A DNA stretch of 30,144 nt from a virus (lineage: Duplodnaviria; Caudoviricetes). Positions within the stretch are counted from its first letter, which is position 1. Every line of letters begins with the position of its first letter. The stretch is taken from positions 1 to 30,144 of the IMG/VR virus record IMGVR_UViG_3300020409_000054. One strand, given 5' to 3'. Below the pieces are notes generated by a model, which worked only from the letters and a program-made list of their open reading frames with translations, did not search any database and was not told the origin of the DNA. Positions 26,836 to 30,144 of the stretch are shown here, piece by piece. The position numbers and the translations under genes were made by a program.

Positions 26836-27014
26836 TTAACCTCTCTCATGAAACGTTGGAGAACTATTTCAAGACGAATTTTTTAATGATGCAACATTTC
26901 AATTATTCATTAACAGAACTAGAAGAAATGATGCCGTGGGAGAGAGAGGTTTATTTAATGTTATTAAACGATCATCTTAAAGAGCAACAAATAAATGCTG
27001 AAACACAGAGGTAA
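26826..27014 (+). CDS. gp51: Baseplate hub assembly catalyst gp51 reading frame (-1 relative to gp26; start uncertain, possibly reached by frameshift)
   Basis: Manual translation: FFLVNLSHETLENYFKTNFLMMQHFNYSLTELEEMMPWEREVYLMLLNDHLKEQQINAETQR*. The YSLTELE.M.PWER.VY motif is gp51-like. The first ATG is only at 26886. Missing from the ORF track. Confidence 0.8.
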   Translation, partial: FFLVNLSHETLENYFKTNFLMMQHFNYSLTELEEMMPWEREVYLMLLNDHLKEQQINAETQR

Positions 27015-27016
27015 AT

Positions 27017-28813
27017 ATGGCTACTTTAGCTGAGATAAATCAAACGTTAATTTCTGTAGACGAGAATACTCAAAAAACCAGTAGAGGTATTCAAGGATTT
27101 CTCGATTATTTAGAAGAAAAAAGACGTGACGATTTAGAAGCCGAAAGAGAAGAAAAAGCCCAAAGAGTCCAAGCTAATCAGACAATAACTAAATCTGCAG
27201 GAGGTACTGGCGGAGGCTTTAAACTTCCCTCACTAAATTTAGGTGGATTAAGCAAAGGCTTAGCAGGTTTACTAACAGTTGGTGGTGCTTTAAGCTTAGC
27301 AAGAGCTATTGGTGGCAGATTAATTAAACGTGGTTTATTCGCAGCCGTTGGAGTCGCATTAGCCGACACCATTGCTGATAAACTTGTGGTTGGAAATGAT
27401 CAAGCTTCTAATCAGCTAAGAACTACGTTATCGAATGCTATTACTGGTGGTGTTTTAGGTGCAACGTTATTTGGTAGAAAAGGCGGCATAATAGGATTAG
27501 TAGGTGGTGCATTATTAACTAATCCAAAAACTAAAGAAGCTTTTAAAAATTTAGGAACAAACTTAGAAGAATTTGGTAAAAAGCTTTTTGGTGACGTCGA
27601 TGTTAAAGGAACTTTAGCTAATGCAGTAAATACTATGAGTGGATTATTAGGTGATGGTGTTACATCAATTAACAATTTATTAACTGGTGAAAGTAAAAAT
27701 GTAGGTAAAGACATTGCGGGGTCTTTAGCAACACTTGGTGGATTGGCTTTCTTAGTAAGTCCTAGACTTACAAGTAAAGCTGGTAAAGCAACACTTTTAG
27801 GATTACTTAATGCATTTAAAAAAGCTGGTCCAAGAGGTAAAGCAGTTGCAGCAATATTAGGATTATTAGGTCTTTCTTTAGCAGAAGACGGAGTTGGTGT
27901 TGTTGGCGGAGATATACAAGGACCACCTCGTCCTCCTGAAAATGATGATACGTTATTTGGAGCAGATAAAAATACACTTATAGGATCAGGAGCTGCAATT
28001 GCAACATCAAAAGTAGGACAGACATTGGCATCACAATATGCAAAAAACGCAACTGTCGCAAGACCTACAACTATGACAGGAAATTACGCTATGCAGGGTA
28101 GCTTAAAACCTGCAGAAATTACAAAGTATCAGAGACTTCAAAAAATATTAAAGATTATCGGTAGAGGCGGATTAGCAGGTCTTGGGATTGCTTTTGAGTA
28201 TCCAGCAATGCGTGATATAATTTTGGACGATTCTTTGTCCGATAAAGAAAAAGCTAAAAAAATGGCACCTATAATAGCACGTTCTCTCGGCACAGTTGGA
28301 TTCGCATCTATCGGATCGAGAATAGGTGCATTTATTCCAATAAAAGGAAGTTCTATATTAGGTGGTATATTAGGAGGAATTGCTGGTTACTTTGGAGGAG
28401 ACTACGCAGGGCAATTATTGGGAGAGTGGTTACTAGGTGGTGATCCAAAACTTCCAGCAGATAAAGCAGAACAACTACAAAAATCCATGACATCTAAACT
28501 GATGAAAGCAGTCGCTGGCCAAGGTAAAAAAGAATTTGGTACGGGTATAAGAACTAGTAAATTTCAAGATATATCAAGTACAGCAGGATTAGGCATGGAA
28601 AAGTTACCATCTGTTTCTGCAAGCAATATAGGAAATAATATAACTCCAATGTATCCTCAATTTGATGGTCCTGGAGCAAGTGCTTCAAATGTAGTTAATT
28701 CCGGAAATACAAACACTACCACTACCAACAATGTAGGAACTACTGTTGTAGATAATAGTAGTGCTTTTGATGCTAAACATTTTAGAAGTAATTTAGCTAA
28801 TAGTATACTTTAG
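27017..28813 (+). CDS. Probable tape measure protein (gp29-like)
   Basis: 598 aa. Charged N-terminal helix, several Gly/Ala/Leu-rich hydrophobic stretches and an N/T-rich tail. Lies directly after gp26/gp51. GAGG RBS. Confidence 0.6.
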   Translation: MATLAEINQTLISVDENTQKTSRGIQGFLDYLEEKRRDDLEAEREEKAQRVQANQTITKSAGGTGGGFKLPSLNLGGLSKGLAGLLTVGGALSLARAIGGRLIKRGLFAAVGVALADTIADKLVVGNDQASNQLRTTLSNAITGGVLGATLFGRKGGIIGLVGGALLTNPKTKEAFKNLGTNLEEFGKKLFGDVDVKGTLANAVNTMSGLLGDGVTSINNLLTGESKNVGKDIAGSLATLGGLAFLVSPRLTSKAGKATLLGLLNAFKKAGPRGKAVAAILGLLGLSLAEDGVGVVGGDIQGPPRPPENDDTLFGADKNTLIGSGAAIATSKVGQTLASQYAKNATVARPTTMTGNYAMQGSLKPAEITKYQRLQKILKIIGRGGLAGLGIAFEYPAMRDIILDDSLSDKEKAKKMAPIIARSLGTVGFASIGSRIGAFIPIKGSSILGGILGGIAGYFGGDYAGQLLGEWLLGGDPKLPADKAEQLQKSMTSKLMKAVAGQGKKEFGTGIRTSKFQDISSTAGLGMEKLPSVSASNIGNNITPMYPQFDGPGASASNVVNSGNTNTTTTNNVGTTVVDNSSAFDAKHFRSNLANSIL

Positions 28814-29697
28814 GCATCTTCCTTTGCTAACTTAGCAAAATAAGACATGGTATCTTCATCACCATTATCAATTTCTTCTACTGTTGCCGGTGCAACCGCC
28901 TCAACTGGATCGTTGATTTTAGTTTCCTCTTGAACAGTATAAGAACCTGCATTCATATCTTCACCAAGAACTCTCATCAATTTAGTTTTAAGTTCATCAT
29001 ATGTTTTATAGTTCTTTGGATTAGTGAACTCGGTGATATCATGTAGTTGATTATATACACCTTCCAACTTAGCTTCATCTGATTCTAAGAATGGTGTAGG
29101 TGTAGCAAACTCAGACTTATCATAGTTTCTATAACCTTCAACATTTCTTATCTTTAACTTAAAGTTTGCACCTTCCCAAAAATCAAATGCATCCATTGGA
29201 GTTTCATCCGCAAATTCAGGATTCATTTTATCCATAATCTTATCGAAGATTTTCTTACCAAATTTGTATAAGAATACTTTACCTTCGTTTTGAGGTGCTG
29301 ATGGATCTTGAACTACATATATGTTAGTCACATAATGTAATCTTCTTTTCTGAGATCTTGCTTTTTCTTTATCAGCATCGATACCAGAATTCCAAAGTCT
29401 TGAATTAAGTTCACCGACTGGATCAGTTTGACCGATTGATGTAAGTGAGTTTTCAATATACCATAAACCAGTAGGACCTTTAAAACCGTGATCCCAATAT
29501 CTTACAAATGGTATTGCACCATCTTTCCCTGGTAAGAACCTGATTACAGCATAACCATTACCGGCTTTATCTACTGTAGGTTTCCAAATCCTTTCATCGA
29601 CGTAGGATTTTTGTTCACCACCACCGGATGCCTGTGCTGCTTCTATGATTTTATTGATGTTAGTGCCGCGATTGCGTTTTAATGTTTCAAATGACAT
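28810..29697 (-). CDS. gp32: Single-stranded DNA-binding protein gp32
   Basis: DERIWKPTVDKAGNGYAVIRFLP, HGFKGPTG.WYIENSLT, FGKKIFDKI, FDFWEGANFKLKIR and NYDKSEF motifs; acidic tail ending SYFAKLA. Confidence 0.96.
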   Translation of the reverse strand: MSFETLKRNRGTNINKIIEAAQASGGGEQKSYVDERIWKPTVDKAGNGYAVIRFLPGKDGAIPFVRYWDHGFKGPTGLWYIENSLTSIGQTDPVGELNSRLWNSGIDADKEKARSQKRRLHYVTNIYVVQDPSAPQNEGKVFLYKFGKKIFDKIMDKMNPEFADETPMDAFDFWEGANFKLKIRNVEGYRNYDKSEFATPTPFLESDEAKLEGVYNQLHDITEFTNPKNYKTYDELKTKLMRVLGEDMNAGSYTVQEETKINDPVEAVAPATVEEIDNGDEDTMSYFAKLAKEDA

Positions 29698-29802
29698 AGT
29701 ATTGTCTCCTTATTAACTGAAATATTAACTGAAATATTACTTGTATATTAATGTAATCCCGTCCGACTATCACTAGCTTCAGAACTACCTATATTATATA
29801 TA
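29698..29802 (-). promoter_or_regulatory. Gene 32 leader: hairpin, AU-rich direct repeats and an AAGGAG RBS
   Basis: On the mRNA strand a GUGA-capped stem (29753-29788) is followed by TAATATTTCAGT twice and then TAATAAGGAG. A TATATATA/TATAAT promoter-like element lies at about 29793-29802. Confidence 0.55.
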
Positions 29803-29807
29803 CAGCT

Positions 29808-30050
29808 TTATTCAAAAAGTGAAGAATCAATGGAATTTTTTTTCGGTAAGAAATTTAAATCCATTGCCTCTGCTTCAAGCTTATCTCTAATAACTGGTGA
29901 TATAAACTTCCTTACATCTTCTGGTTCAATATCATTCTTGCTACAAACATGTAATATTGCATCCATATAAGGAATCTTCATATCAGCTACTGTATTTTCA
30001 ATAAGCTTTGTAAATTTAGACTTAGTTAGAAATTGTTCTTCTACCTTCAT
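29808..30050 (-). CDS. gp33: Late transcription coactivator gp33
   Basis: FLTKSKF..LIE.......YMDAILH.C....IEPE.V.K.ISP...DKLEAEA..LNFLP. Lies upstream of gp32. Confidence 0.88.
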   Translation of the reverse strand: MKVEEQFLTKSKFTKLIENTVADMKIPYMDAILHVCSKNDIEPEDVRKFISPVIRDKLEAEAMDLNFLPKKNSIDSSLFE

Positions 30051-30142
30051 TTGTCTAAAACCCTTAGTAATATTGTATCTTTATTTATTCTACCATTAGG
30101 TACTTTAGTTTTTGTTTTAAGTAGTTTCCAAGCATCATTAAT
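30047..30142 (-). CDS. Partial (3' end) conserved hypothetical protein upstream of gp33
   Basis: Manual translation: ...INDAWKLLKTKTKVPNGRINKDTILLRVLDK*. Its TGA overlaps the gp33 ATG (ATGA). Confidence 0.65.
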   Translation of the reverse strand: MNDAWKLLKTKTKVPNGRINKDTILLRVLDK

Positions 30143-30144
30143 TT

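Noticed and set aside
851-27714. Other short (60-100 aa) track ORFs nested in or antisense to long genes
   Set aside because: They lie essentially within well-supported CDSs and have no recognisable motifs.
29711-29750. CRISPR-like mini-array
   Set aside because: The 12-nt tandem repeats have no spacers and are better explained as a gene 32 leader.
1-30144. tRNA or rRNA genes, introns, homing endonucleases, stop-codon reassignment
   Set aside because: Intergenic gaps are tiny, core genes translate intact in the standard code, and no such motifs were recognised.

Overview
AT-rich segment of a T4-like myovirus genome, probably marine or aquatic; the host cannot be determined from this window. 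It holds the tail/baseplate module. On the minus strand are gp48, gp53, a hub-like gene, a gp5 locus split over four ORFs, gp25, gp6, a short gp7, gp9-like, gp8, a split DUF4815/VrlC-type large virion protein and fibre-like genes. On the plus strand are gp4, an inserted VOC/glyoxalase gene, gp2, gp54-like, gp26, gp51 and a tape-measure-like gene. The minus strand then carries gp32 and gp33. Four intergenic T4-type late promoters (TATAAATA) are visible. The most notable signals are: (1) a probable -1 programmed frameshift fusing gp26 to gp51 just before the tape measure gene, as in lambda G/GT; (2) a large virion gene split at a Cys-initiated, CFI-box-CTERM-like tail; (3) Asp-Ser motif enrichment in outer baseplate/fibre proteins, a possible modification sequon; (4) a VOC gene bracketed by a duplication of the gene 2 start; (5) a structured, repeat-containing gene 32 leader. 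All assignments come from motif recognition and synteny by eye; no searches were run.
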